Shown: piece by piece, positions 21,793 through 33,514 of the stretch
Layout: each line of letters starts with the position of its first letter
Numbering within the stretch: position 1 is the first letter of the stretch
DNA from: Tubulanus polymorphus
Taxonomy: Eukaryota > Animalia > Nemertea
Reading direction: 5' to 3'
DNA: 64,000 nucleotides
NCBI RefSeq assembly: GCF_964204645.1
Contig: NC_134032.1
Span: 5,108,175-5,172,174 of the forward strand
The notes under the pieces: model-generated
The model's database searches: none
The model's input: the letters and a program-made list of their open reading frames with translations, nothing else
Told to the model about the DNA's origin: nothing
Made by a program: the position numbers and the translations under genes

Positions 21793-24700
21793 TTAACACG
21801 TTAGAATCCTTTTCATAATCTCATTTTCTTTTGTTTCTTCTCTTTTGAATTTTATATATTCATCTAAATTACAACCATAGGCGACTGTGTGGATTCCATC
21901 ATCTAAAATATATCTTTTATCATCAAATGGATTTAGACTTATCTTCTCTATCTCTTCAATATACATTTCATGATCTTCAGATCTTAAACATTTCATTTTA
22001 TGTTTTCTAACTTCTTCATTAAATATACAATTGATGTAATCTTTAAAATGAATATTCTTTTCTACTACATTTTTGGTTATTCCTTTTAACTCTTTAGCTT
22101 CATGTTCTTTAGTTTTATATGAATACATTTTAGATCTAATACCAATGAACTCTATCATTTCTTCACCACCTAATTCATCCTTAAACTTCCCAGGAACTTT
22201 TTTATTATCATTGCTAAACAATTCATGATTTTTTGGATAGTTACTGAAATCAAAATGGTGTTTTAATATTTTAAGTCTTTTGTTATGTTATCACTTTTTA
22301 TCTTTAATATGTAAGAATCTGTATCTAGATATAAGATTTCTATATGTTTTTCCCCAAAATGGGGTTGCAATACATTATAATAGAATTCATACATCAATAG
22401 CTTTGAAATTTCTAAAACTGCAGCTCCAACATAAATAGGTTTATTGAACTTCATAGAAGTTCTTTTTAATTTAACTGCAGCTAAATTTTCATCGAATATT
22501 CTATTACCTATGAATTTCGGATACGATTGCAAATGTCTAATTCTTTTACCATTACTAACTAACTCAATATCATTTCTATTTCTTATGTTTTCACATGTTT
22601 TTCCATAGAACGCATTATTCATCAGTTTAAAGTAATCCTTCTCAAAATCAGTTTTAGCTTCAGTTCTCTGTGTAGTATTAAAATCTATATATTTTTCTAA
22701 CCACTTAGATTGATTAAATGAAATATATCTATGTACTTTTTTTAATATCATTCTTTGATTCAAATAAAACTTCAACATTCTATAATGTACTACCTAATTA
22801 TATTTATCTTCTTGAGTTACCATTAACTTTTCTGTATGAATATGATTTTCAGGTTTAATTCTTTTTTGATAATTTGATAATTCTTCATGTTTAACAGTTT
22901 TATGTTCGGGACAATATGCTAGATTTCTAGATTTAAATTTAATATTTTCAGGGTATTCTAAATCTACAACAAAGAAGTAACCAATATCTGAATCATCTGC
23001 AATATCTAGGATTCTTTTCTTCCAATCAAATTTATCAATTTGTAAAACTTCAGTTATTTCAAACATCCCATAAGGTTGTGGTTCCATCATTGCCCAACCA
23101 TAAAGGTTATTTGCATCTATGTATAATAATTTATATCCAGGATTATCATTTACATTGAAATATCTATCACCCAATACACCTGAAACTCCTCCTCTTATAG
23201 ATTTTTCAAATAATAGTAATTGATCTATATTTGTTAACAAATCCATTTTTATATTTGTAAATTTTAATCCACAATCCCATGTTAATCCTGGTGATGAATA
23301 ACAATGACAAGGATCAATATTGAAATATTTTAAGTTTACATCTCTAAACCTTTCGAATATATCGGTTAATAATAATACATCTGATTTTAAATATAAATCT
23401 ACTAATTGTCCATGATTTTTAATTTCGAAATGATTCCAAATATTCAATGTTCTATTATATACTTCATCTTTAACATATTCATTTTTTAATTCATCATAGA
23501 ATTGTTCTTTTAATAATTCAGTTATTTTAAAATCATTATGATTTTTATAGAAAGAATATGGAATTGCACCTTTATATCTCATTAATTTAAAATCATCATA
23601 ATTTGGGTAATATTCTTTTAATATCTTTAATTCATCATCAACTAATGATTTTGATAAGTTATCTAATGAACTATTTAAAAATCTATATGAATCTATAAAT
23701 CTTAGACAACCAAATTGGAATGATATATAATTCTCAGATGTTTTAGCTAACATTCTAAATTTATAAGTTGGTATTTTATCTTTTGATTTATTTGAATTTA
23801 ATATTTCTATTTCATTATTAATTTCTTCTATTTTATGACATAACTGTTTGATAAATAAATGCGCGTCATACCCCGATAAATTGTGAAATATAATGGGGAC
23901 AAAATTTACTTTTTTGGCTTGCAAATTACAATTCTCATGTGCAGCGCCTCTAAATTTACCATTCAAATGATCATGGTCTCTTACTTTTTTATCTTTATAA
24001 TTAAATATCTTTTCACAATAATAACATTTATCTGCAAACCCAAATACTTCTTTATCTTCTTCTGTCATAATTATTTCTTTATTTGTATTCAATAATTTAC
24101 TAAATCTTATTTCATATTCAATTAATAAGTCACAAAAATGATTGATAACATTTTCATTTCTGTAATGATAATATTCACTTTCAATTAGTTCTGGATAATC
24201 AGATTTAATATATAACCCGAAAGCAGCAGCTGATTGATGAATCTTTTTAATAGTATTTGTTTTTGGTGGTTCTTCTGAATAATCATTTTCATTAGAATTT
24301 AATTTCTTTCTTTTATAATATATATCTTTTCTATCTTTATCTGTTAATTCTTTATTTAATGATTCAAAATCTCCATATATTACAAATGGTACTTTATTTT
24401 TGTAATCATATTTTTTGAATTCTAATATTTTATCTTTTTCATTTGGGAAAACTAATTTACAATAATCATGATTATCACATAGTTGTTTATGATTTAATAA
24501 TGTATTTTCATTACTAAATTTATGTAAACATTTTCTACATAGATATATTTTATGGTGATCATTTTCTGATTTGAAAAATAAATCTATTTGTTTAATCCAC
24601 ATATAATGATTCTCATAATATAGTATATCTATAACATCATTTGAATCATAATCTTTTGATAGATATAAAGGTTCTAATGTATAATGTTTAATATTATTTC

Positions 24701-25820
24701 CTTTTGTATTTGGTAATTTAATTAAATCAAATACATTTATCTTTAAATTATTATCTCTTTCTATTTTGGGGATGTTTTTAATTCTAACAGGATACTTATC
24801 TATCTTATAATTATTTTCAAATTGTTTATAATGAGTTAATCTAAAACTATGTGTAATATCTTCTGTTGGGTGTAAACAACTTATTATAGCCCATATAAAA
24901 CATTTATTATCAAAATTTTGTATATTTATTACACCATTAGTTTTAAATGGTAGTTTAATATAACTTGTTCCATTTATACTATCATCTTTATAATATGATA
25001 AATTATTTTCATCAATTGGTTTTGATTTAGTTAACTTATTATATTTTGTGTTATAAACATGTAAAGTTATAAATATTATCTCATCAAATATTAAACCAGA
25101 TCCTTCAAAATATTTCTCTTCTATTTTAGTTTTTATTTCATTATAACATTTATTTACTTTATCATCTATATGTTGTTTAGATATAATATGTTGTGAATGA
25201 GAATTTATATTATATATTGGTTTATCTTCAGATTTTATGAATTTAACTTTAGAAGATATACTAATTTTTGGATATTCTACGTTTGTAATTATTTTTATTA
25301 TTTCTTTCATATTTTCTAAATGTTTTTTATTTTCTTCTATTGTTTTTCCTTTATGAAATTTAAACTCGATAGCTGCTGGACCAATATCACTTTTAAATGC
25401 TTCGGTTATCTCTATATCTTTTTTATTATCTAATGAATTAATATAATTTCTTACATCTTCCATGTATGGTCTTTTATTGTTTAATTTATTTTTTATTCTT
25501 TTAATTGTTTTCTGTTTCTTATCGTTATCATTATCAAAATAATCTTCACCTAAAATATCATTATTCTTATTTCTAATATGACTTATAGATTTTAAATGTT
25601 CTTTATAATATCTTTTATCACTGAATGATTGATTACATGTATCACATTTATATGTTTCCTTTTCATTCTTTAATTCTTCTAATTTAGTTTCTAATATATC
25701 ATCCTTATATTCTAGTTTCAATTTATTCTCTAAATGTGTTATAGTTTTATTGTGTCTTGCTTTTTGAGATTTATCTATATCGATATTACATGTTGGGCAG
25801 TAGTACTTATTTGCTTCCAT
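21793..25820 (-). pseudogene. polB: Protein-primed DNA polymerase B of element B (one nonsense at 22794, one frameshift ~22270), intein-free
   Basis: IYGDFES, HNLSGYDAH, YIDANNLYG, KLMNNAFYGK, YLDTDS, KMY, KGI motifs; HNH/EndoVII insertion CYYC...DHDHLNGKFRGAAHENCN. Confidence 0.93.
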
Positions 25821-26308
25821 TTTAATACTATATTTTTTATTAAAATTGATTTTAGAAGTTCAATGATTTAAATGTTATTCATATATATATGAATATTTTA
25901 AGAGTAATAGGGGTAATGGGCTTTCATATCAAAGGTTTAATGATCGAGTTCACTAATAACATATATTAAAAGTAATTAAAAAACTATAATATATTTTCAT
26001 AACCGCGTGCATTTCAGTTGAATAATAGAATAATTATTATCATTTGAATATATTTGATTATTTGAATTTGTGTATTGTAATTAAATCAATTGGTCGCGGA
26101 GCGGAGCGGTGGCGAAGCGGAGCGACCAATTGATTTAATACAATATGCTTTTTATATTATTGATATCTTAGAATAAATATTTAGTTTTGATATAAAATGC
26201 ACGCGGTTATGAAAATATATTATAGTTTTTTAATTACTTTTAATATTTTGTTTTTTAATGGGCTCGACCGTTCGACCTTTGGTATGAAAGCCCATTACCC
26301 CTATTACT
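25707..26308 (-). repeat. Right TIR of B (hairpin unit 25903-26308)
   Basis: Inverted copy of 7937-8538. Confidence 0.95.
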
Positions 26309-26314
26309 TCTGCC
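26309..26314 (+). repeat. Right TSD of element B (TCTGCC)
   Basis: Matches 7931-7936. Confidence 0.95.
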
Positions 26315-26417
26315 ATTCATATTGACACCTCTCTTGTTGAAACCGATTCTAGAATCTATCGTGACTAATGTTTTAAGTAAAGCCGCGAACAAAGTAATAG
26401 ATAAAGTTTCGTCATGA
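26315..26417 (+). pseudogene. 3' part of the element A gene interrupted by B (FILTPLLLKPILES...KVSS*)
   Basis: Continues QKGGFLP in frame; its TGA overlaps the next ATG (ATGA). Confidence 0.8.
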
Positions 26418-27100
26418 AGAACGTAGAGAAATTGGTTATTCTACCGGAGGCAATGTTACCGCAAGTACAAGCATTCGTAGCTAGTCTACAGGGAAATGAA
26501 TCTATAACTAAAAAACCAGTTACCCGAAATCCGTTAAACGATAACAACCTATCCGATGATTTGAAATATCTAAAATATAACCCGTTGCTGCAGCAAGCTA
26601 TACAAAAAACGGAGCACGATAAACAATCACTACCTCGAAAAATTGAAGATATCAACGTCGTTAATAATACTTATTCGACTGAAAAAATTGTCGAACGTAT
26701 ACCGGTTAAATTCCGGAATAAGTGTAAATCGTTATTGACATTTTTCACAGAAAATCCAAACGTTTTGAGATGGAACGAAAAAGGAGAAATAATCTACAAG
26801 AATAATTTAATTCCTGGAAGCAATATTTCTGACATCGTTTACGTATCGTTAGTATTAACTACATTAAACCAAAGCTATATTGGATTAGAAGATTATATGT
26901 CAGCGATAAACGAACTTAATATTCCTACTAGCCTAATAAATAATAAAATGTTAAAGAGACGGATCAAAGGCGAACTTACCGTAGATTTAGATGCGTCGTT
27001 GTCTCCAGTAAAAAAGAAGGCAAAAGTAGATCAGCGCGGTTCCGGACTGCGTAGAAAGCGAGCTAGGAATGTCGATTTCACCAATTGGCTTAGCTTTTAA
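26414..27100 (+). CDS. Conserved Maverick hypothetical protein
   Basis: WNEKGEIIY...IPGSNISD motif; QRGSG possible adenain site. Confidence 0.75.
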   Translation: MKNVEKLVILPEAMLPQVQAFVASLQGNESITKKPVTRNPLNDNNLSDDLKYLKYNPLLQQAIQKTEHDKQSLPRKIEDINVVNNTYSTEKIVERIPVKFRNKCKSLLTFFTENPNVLRWNEKGEIIYKNNLIPGSNISDIVYVSLVLTTLNQSYIGLEDYMSAINELNIPTSLINNKMLKRRIKGELTVDLDASLSPVKKKAKVDQRGSGLRRKRARNVDFTNWLSF

Positions 27101-27197
27101 TGGCTTCAAAATGCAATTAAAATGTATTGTTCAATTGTTCGTAGTATTATTGCGCAACTGAACGTGTTCGGGCACGTTTTGATTTCCATTTGATACG

Positions 27198-27728
27198 ATG
27201 GTCGTTAACGTGGTGAACATCGTCTCTACGGCGTGTTTGAATAGTTCATTAAATCTTACCGATGTCGCTAGAATCTCGCACGATGTAATTTACAACCCTT
27301 CCAAGTTTAGCGGGTTAATATGGAAAAATCGTAAAATAGAAGGTAATTGTCTATTATTCGGCAATGGAAAGATGGTAATTACTGGGTGTAAAAGTAAATC
27401 TAATAGTCGACGGAGTACGAGACAATTTGCGCGTTTACTGCAAAAGATGGGATACAATGTGAAGTTAAACAACTACAAAATACAAACAATAACCGGTGTC
27501 GTTAGAACTGGTCGGCATATTGACTTGATGAAATTTTCGAACTATTGTTGTACAGCGGAATATAACACAGAAATATTCCCCGGTTTAGTGTATATGTGCG
27601 AAAATGGAGTTAAATGTATTGTTCATAATGGCGGAACCATAATACTAGCCGGCGCAAAACAAACAAAAAAACTACAAAAGCGTACGAAGAAATTTTATTC
27701 TACATCATCTTATGTTCTAAATGAATAA
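27198..27728 (+). CDS. TATA-binding protein-like (intronless, element-borne)
   Basis: Two TBP repeats: VNIVST...YNPSKFSGLIW...LLFGNGKMVITG and YNTEIFPGLVY...GTIILAGAK. Confidence 0.85.
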   Translation: MVVNVVNIVSTACLNSSLNLTDVARISHDVIYNPSKFSGLIWKNRKIEGNCLLFGNGKMVITGCKSKSNSRRSTRQFARLLQKMGYNVKLNNYKIQTITGVVRTGRHIDLMKFSNYCCTAEYNTEIFPGLVYMCENGVKCIVHNGGTIILAGAKQTKKLQKRTKKFYSTSSYVLNE

Positions 27729-27893
27729 ATTAATAAAAGGCGTGTTATCACAAATATTTTATTGTAAAAATAAAGATGAATTGGCGAAAATTGTTTTGTT
27801 GTTGTTGTTTGGACCGAGACGATCCAAGTTTTATTTGAAAATTCAATCGAATTAACTGCGTGAGCACGTGTTGTAACGGAAATACCGTTATCA

Positions 27894-28976
27894 ATGAAGG
27901 TGGAGCTGAAAAAATTCCTAGCCAATCAGTATTATGGTATCGAAAAACCAGCCAGTTTTTCGAGCGCAAACGCTCTACACAGAATATGTCGGCAAGAAAA
28001 TAAAAACATTTCGCTTAATGAGATAAAGGATTGGCTATCCGAACAAGAAGTTTACACATTACACGCCAAAGTGAGGAAAAGGTTTCCCAGAAATAAAACA
28101 ATAGCCTATCGAATGAACGAACAGTTTCAAATAGATTTGTGCGACGTTTCAAATATTTCCAAACACAACGACGGTATCAAGTTTCTATTGACGGCTATAG
28201 TTGTTTTATCGAGATACGGTTTCGCCGTTCCTTTGTTGAATAAATTCAACTCGACAGTTGTGGAAGGATTGAAAAAGATAATTAAACATAGAAAACCTAG
28301 CGTTATACAATCTGACGCCGGGACCGAGTTCCTCGGTTCAAAAACACAGAATTTTCTCAGAAACGAGGGTATAAGTTTTTTCAGAAGTAAAAACGAAGTA
28401 AAATGCGCTATTGTCGAACGATGGATACGTACATTAAAATCAAAAATGTATAAAATATTCTCGCATAGACATTCGTATAGATACATCGATGTACTGGACG
28501 ATATAGTTCGATCATATAACAATACATATCACCGCAGTATAAAAATGGCTCCAATAGACGTTAACCAGTTAAACGAATACATAGTTTTCAAAAACCTATA
28601 CGGACCCCACCGCATAGTAAATAGAGCGAAATTCAAATTTCGAGTGGGTGATACTGTTAGAATAAGCGAACTAAAAGGGCAGTTCCAAAAAGGTTATTTA
28701 CCCGGTTGGAGTACAGAGTTGTTTGTTGTAACTAAAAGAATTAATCGCCAACCGTGTGTATACAAGATTAAAGATTTACAAGATGTTGAAATAGATGGCG
28801 TTTTTTACGAAAACGAAATGATAAAAGTCAATAAAAGGGATGATGTTTATAAAGTCGAATCGATCATTAAATCCCGTGGAAAATGTTCGAGAAAACAATA
28901 TTTGGTGAAGTGGTATAATTACGCTGATAAATTTAATTCCTGGGTAAACGCAAAAGATATTAAAAAACTGAAATGA
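27894..28976 (+). CDS. Retroviral-like integrase with chromodomain, element A
   Basis: QIDLCD / QSDAGTEF / VERWIRTLK; C-terminal YLVKWYNYADKFNSWV. Confidence 0.92.
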   Translation: MKVELKKFLANQYYGIEKPASFSSANALHRICRQENKNISLNEIKDWLSEQEVYTLHAKVRKRFPRNKTIAYRMNEQFQIDLCDVSNISKHNDGIKFLLTAIVVLSRYGFAVPLLNKFNSTVVEGLKKIIKHRKPSVIQSDAGTEFLGSKTQNFLRNEGISFFRSKNEVKCAIVERWIRTLKSKMYKIFSHRHSYRYIDVLDDIVRSYNNTYHRSIKMAPIDVNQLNEYIVFKNLYGPHRIVNRAKFKFRVGDTVRISELKGQFQKGYLPGWSTELFVVTKRINRQPCVYKIKDLQDVEIDGVFYENEMIKVNKRDDVYKVESIIKSRGKCSRKQYLVKWYNYADKFNSWVNAKDIKKLK

Positions 28977-29800
28977 TTGGTAGTGATTTTTGCGTGTATC
29001 TCAAAAGCGATGCAAGCGTTGATCTTTACCCCGATAACATTCAACATAGTTTTATAGTTCGATTGAGAGAATCGATTTCGCTCGAGGGTAAATGGGTTTG
29101 CGCCTTGCACCAAATAAACTTTATGCTAAATTTCGATAACGTCGAAGATGGACGATTTGAATTGGCGTCACCGGAGCATGGAAAACAATACTTACGTATA
29201 CCGAAGGGTCGATATCACACTATTGCGCAATTAATCACCGTTATACAAACGTAAATCAACAAGTGGTTTTACGATAAAGTAATTATAGGTTTCGACGAAT
29301 TAAGTCATAAAGTTAATGTGAAGTTTTACGACGAGTGTTCGTTAACTTTTACGAACGATATAGCGTGGATTTTAGGCTTTAAATCTGGTATACCGGTAAA
29401 CGATATACCTAACGACCTTCGTCAGGGTTCGAAGAAAAATGGACCATTTGTAGATAGTAATGGTACCAAAACTATTTACAAATACATCGAAGTCACAGCG
29501 TCTAGATGTGTCGATATAAACGTCGACTATCATAATTTGATGATATATAGCGATGTTATAGAACCCCAACTAGTCGGCGATCAGAGCGCAAATCTTTTGC
29601 GTATGGTACATTTAAACACGATAAATTTTGGAAAGGTTATTGGAAAAGAGTTTAACAAATTACAATATTTTCCAGTGCAAAGGAGTAATTTTCAGACTAT
29701 AGAAGTCTTTATAAGAAGAGAATCGGGTAAAATACCTGTTTTTAAAAAAGGAAAAGTTAATCTTGTTTTACATTTTAAAAAGAAAAATATATTAATATGA
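28973..29800 (+). pseudogene. Minor capsid protein (penton) of element A; in-frame stop at 29252
   Basis: FCVYLKSDAS...YPDN...W.CAL; IYSDVIEPQLVGD...LLR...LVLHF. Confidence 0.85.
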
Positions 29801-30204
29801 GGGCTATTTGCGAAATAGATCACGATGTCTGTTGTAGATATTACGCAAATCAAAGCGGTGCCGGAGTCGACGTGTACACATCATCGCCTATACAAGGCGG
29901 TGCTGGATTTGCTTCTGTTTTAGGCGGTCTCGCTCGACCGGCGATACCCCTATTGAAAAATATGGCTAAACGAGCGGTGCCTCATTTACTAAGAACGGGT
30001 TTGCACGTTGCGAGCGATGTCGTAGGTGGTAAGAATTTTGCCACAGCCATTAAAGATCGCGGATTAGAAACAATGGGTCGTATTATCCGGGGTAAAGTGC
30101 GAACCGGTACAAAACCATTAAAAGGTCAAAAGAGAAAACGAAAACAGCGGATTATTTCCACAGGCAAACGTATAAAGAGAAGTGTTAGCGGCGAAGCGTA
30201 TTAG
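29797..30204 (+). CDS. Basic core-like virion protein with QxGxG putative protease sites
   Basis: YYANQSGAG, QGGAGF, Arg/Lys-rich C-terminus; lies between mCP and MCP. Confidence 0.7.
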   Translation: MRAICEIDHDVCCRYYANQSGAGVDVYTSSPIQGGAGFASVLGGLARPAIPLLKNMAKRAVPHLLRTGLHVASDVVGGKNFATAIKDRGLETMGRIIRGKVRTGTKPLKGQKRKRKQRIISTGKRIKRSVSGEAY

Positions 30205-30209
30205 ACAAG

Positions 30210-31520
30210 ATGTCGTTATTAGTACACAAAGACTCGCCCCTGTGTGTCAAATCCGAATTGGATTTGTTTACTATCCTCGGTACCTAGATAAACTACAAAG
30301 AATGCCGTTACGTTAGTTACGAACCCTGTACATCGATCAATGATTCGGGACCTATCGTCTTCAGGATACCGAAAACAGAACAATATTTAGATTTAAACGT
30401 CACTTATTTGAAACTACAATTAAAATAGTCAACGGTGATGGCACTAATGTGGCGCCCGATAAATACGTGTCGATGATTAATGGCGTCTACAGTTTATTTA
30501 GCGACGTTCAAATTACGCTCAATGATCGCGTCGTTACGCACGACGGCGGATTGTACCCGTTTAAATGTGAGTTGGAAAATATGCTGAACTATAATTCCGA
30601 AACTAAAAATAGCAGTTGGCTACAATGCGAATTATACACTGAAGATGAGGCTGGCAAGAAAAATCATATCGACCCGACGATAGCCGGTGCTAATACCGGG
30701 CTGGTTAGAAGAAATAATTACACAAAAAACAGTAAACTAATCTGCGCTTATTCTCGATTATACTACGATGTAATGAGAATGAATAAAATTTTCATCAACA
30801 ATACAGATATGCAAATTAAACTGAATAGATCGAAGGAAAGTTTCGTTTTACTTTCTCCCGCGGAAAACGCTGATTTTCGTATAAGAATAGATAGCACTCA
30901 ACTTTATTTGCGAAAACTAGAATTAGATAGCTCGGTTTTGGTTGCGCACGCAAAGGCATTAGAAAAAAACACGGCTAAATACTACTTTTCAAGAACCGAA
31001 TTAACTTCATTGAATATTCCTAGAGGCCATAGAACGATCGTAAAGGATTCCGTTTTTGTGGGTGAAATTCCAAAGGCTATCGTTTTAGCGCTCGTAGACG
31101 ACGATGCGTTGAGCGGGAATATACGAAAAAATCCCTTTGATTTCCGAGACTTTTCATTGAGTTATGTAGGTGTTAGTGTCGATAACAATCACGTACAAAA
31201 TTCGCCGTTAATTATAGACTCCCGCGGTGATGGATGTGAAGTGTATCATAGTTTATATTTAGCTAGGGGTCTATTGTATAAAAATGAGGGTATAGGAATT
31301 AAACGAGAACATTTTAAAAACGGCAACTTTATTTGTTGTTTTAATATATCGCCCGAATACGGTGATCAACCGCACTTGTCACTTATTAAAAGGGGTTCGT
31401 TAAAAATTGAAATGAGATTTGACGAAGCTTTACCCCACAACGTCAATTTAATCGTTTACCGCCGTTTTCGACGAATTATTACAAGTAACTAAAGAACGTC
31501 ATATCGAAATTGATTATTAG
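30210..31520 (+). pseudogene. Major capsid protein (hexon-like) of element A; stop and frameshifts
   Basis: KSELDLF N-terminus, SLFSDVQITLND, NPFDF, GSLKIEMRF motifs; stop near 30285, frameshifts near 30420 and 31460. Confidence 0.88.
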
Positions 31521-31525
31521 TAACT

Positions 31526-31993
31526 ATGTTGTACACGAATCAGATTTTAGAATTTATGAAAAAAGACGATAGTCTACGATCGTGTTTTTTAGGCGTTTTT
31601 CCGTGCGACCGACTACCCGATATACGTAGTTATCCAGCTGGTTTTATAGTAAATACCGATTATCACGATCAACCGGGTGAACATTGGTTAAGCATTTATA
31701 TCAATAAGTTTGGTATCGGTTACTTTTTCGATTCCTTTGGACAATTACCCAGAACTTACGATGTAATATTAGAAAATTTTCTGGACGATAATTGTATAGA
31801 TTGGAAATATAATACTAAAATGTATCAAAACGTATTATCCGATGTATGTGGTTATTACGCGATATTTGTACAAATTTACCTATGTCACGGTTTTGAAATA
31901 GACGAAATTAAGAAATTATTGTCAAATAAAACTTATGATAACGACTATATTGTAAAAAATTTCATCGTAAAATATTTCAAATTAGTAAAATAA
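31526..31993 (+). CDS. Adenain-like cysteine protease (virion maturation)
   Basis: VNTD...GEHW, YFFDSFG, YQ...SDVCGYY catalytic motifs. Confidence 0.92.
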   Translation: MLYTNQILEFMKKDDSLRSCFLGVFPCDRLPDIRSYPAGFIVNTDYHDQPGEHWLSIYINKFGIGYFFDSFGQLPRTYDVILENFLDDNCIDWKYNTKMYQNVLSDVCGYYAIFVQIYLCHGFEIDEIKKLLSNKTYDNDYIVKNFIVKYFKLVK

Positions 31994-32030
31994 AAAATAG
32001 TGAAATATATAAATAAAAAAAAAAAAAAAA

Positions 32031-32031
<1 letters not shown>

Positions 32032-32104
<73 letters not shown>

Positions 32105-32568
32105 TCCCTCTCCCTCTCCCTCTCCCTCTCCCTCTCCCTCTCCCTCTCCCTCTCCCTCCCCTCTCCCTCTCCCTCTCCCTCTCCCTCTCCCTCTCCCTCT
32201 CCCTCTCCCTCTCCCTCTCCCTCTCCCTCTCCCTCTCCCTCTCCTCTCCCTCTCCCTCTCCCTCTCCCTCTCCCTCTCCCTCTCCCTCTCCCTCTCCCTC
32301 TCCCTCTCCCTCTCCCTCTCCCTCTCCTCTCCCTCTCCCTCTCCCTCTCCCTCTCCCTCTCCCTCTCCCTCTCCTCTCCCTCTCCCTCTCCCTCTCCCTC
32401 TCCCTCTCCCTCTCCCTCTCCCTCTCCCTCTCCCTCCCCCTCCCCCTCCCCCTCCCCCTCCCCCTCCCCCTCCCCCTCCCCCTCCCCCTCCCCCTCCCCC
32501 TCCCCCTCCCCTCCCCCTCCCCCTCCCCCTCCCCCTCCCCCTCCCCCTCCCCCTCCCCCTCCCCCTCT
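32032..32568. repeat. Polypyrimidine microsatellite (CT)n / (CCCTCT)n / (CCCCCT)n
   Basis: Direct inspection. Confidence 0.97.
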
Positions 32569-32650
32569 TATCGATTGGGTAGCCATTTTTTTACGAATGA
32601 AGTGACTAGTTTACAAGGGTCTATATACTCATAAGCAGAAAATATGATTA

Positions 32651-32656
32651 ATAGTA
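32651..32656 (+). repeat. Left TSD of element C (ATAGTA)
   Basis: Identical to 47293-47298. Confidence 0.92.
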
Positions 32657-32748
32657 AGTATTTAGAAAAGTGGGGTTTCAGATCAGAGGGCGTGAGGGCG
32701 AGACACCCCACTCATCACCACAAGTAATTTTTTTCCCTAATAAATGGG
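32657..32748 (+). repeat. Left TIR of C (degenerate similarity continues to ~32830)
   Basis: Reverse complement of 47201-47292. Confidence 0.9.
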
Positions 32749-32947
32749 AGACAGTGAGTTCCAAACAGAAAAAAGTGATGTCAATAAAAATCAATATTAT
32801 TGCCCATATTGTAAAAAATACATCGATAAACCTTACATGGAAAATGTTAGAAATTATATTGATTCACTAGAAATAAAAGATACAATTGAAATTTTAGAAA
32901 TATTACGTAGTAAAATTGTGACACACATAAACAGTGAGTGCGCGTAA
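32744..32947 (+). pseudogene. Deleted duplicate of the C pPolB 5' end
   Basis: VNKNQYYC.YCKKYID joined directly to KPYMENVRNYIDSLEIKDTIEILE; both segments occur in 44611-47205. Confidence 0.75.
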
Positions 32948-33124
32948 AAACAGCTGCGTGTGGATAGATCGATACAGTGAGTCTCTACTGAGAACGGTTA
33001 TTAATGTGTGTGCTATTACTGTAGTACAGTGATTGCGTGTCAACTGTACCCGGATAAATAGATGCTGTGAGGCTTGGGTGAGAACGGTTAATAGCGTGCT
33101 TGTTATATAGGGGGAAGTAATCCC

Positions 33125-33162
33125 CACTCATCACCACAAGTAATTTGTTTTCCTTATAAATG
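33125..33162 (+). promoter_or_regulatory. 35-nt motif CACTCATCACCACAAGTAATTT(T/G)TTT(T/C)CCT(A/T)ATAA fused to ATG (also at 32709, 43056 and 47240 minus)
   Basis: Four copies, each starting exactly 35 nt before a start codon. Confidence 0.7.
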
Positions 33163-33486
33163 GGAGATAGAAAAGCATTCTTAGCAACAATAAATAACAG
33201 AATAAAACCAGCAAAAAAACAATTTGAAATAAAAAAGTTAGTTGATGTTACAAAAGAAATTGAACATAAAATATTGAAATTAGAAAAGATAAAAACTAAA
33301 TACGTAGAGAAAGTATCAGCTAATTTAAGCTACTGTAATGTTAGTACATCGCGAGAATTTAAAGTGTTTTTACCCGATAAATGGGTTTCATTGAGTATGG
33401 AGGAATTGAAAGATTTAGTAGGATTTAAAATAATATATCATGGAAAAAATGAAGATGGCCATCATGATTTAGAAATTGTTGATTAA
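33160..33486 (+). CDS. Small protein homologous to 21423-21764 (possible ssDNA-binding)
   Basis: FL..I...KY..K...F..(F/Y)LPD...GHH pattern shared with the B copy. Confidence 0.7.
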   Translation: MGDRKAFLATINNRIKPAKKQFEIKKLVDVTKEIEHKILKLEKIKTKYVEKVSANLSYCNVSTSREFKVFLPDKWVSLSMEELKDLVGFKIIYHGKNEDGHHDLEIVD

Positions 33487-33514
33487 ATTTAAAAAAATAA
33501 ATTAATAAAAATAA

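Larger units (their letters stand above)
7937..26308. mobile_element. Polinton element B (group-2 type, 18.4 kb, both ends intact) nested in element A
   Basis: AGT...ACT termini, 602-bp TIRs, 6-bp TSD; pPolB with HNH/EndoVII insertion, integrase, ATPase, MCP, mCP. Confidence 0.97.

Noticed and set aside
31945-32605. Gly/Glu/Arg and Ser/Pro/Leu repeat ORFs on both strands
   Set aside because: Microsatellite translation artefacts.
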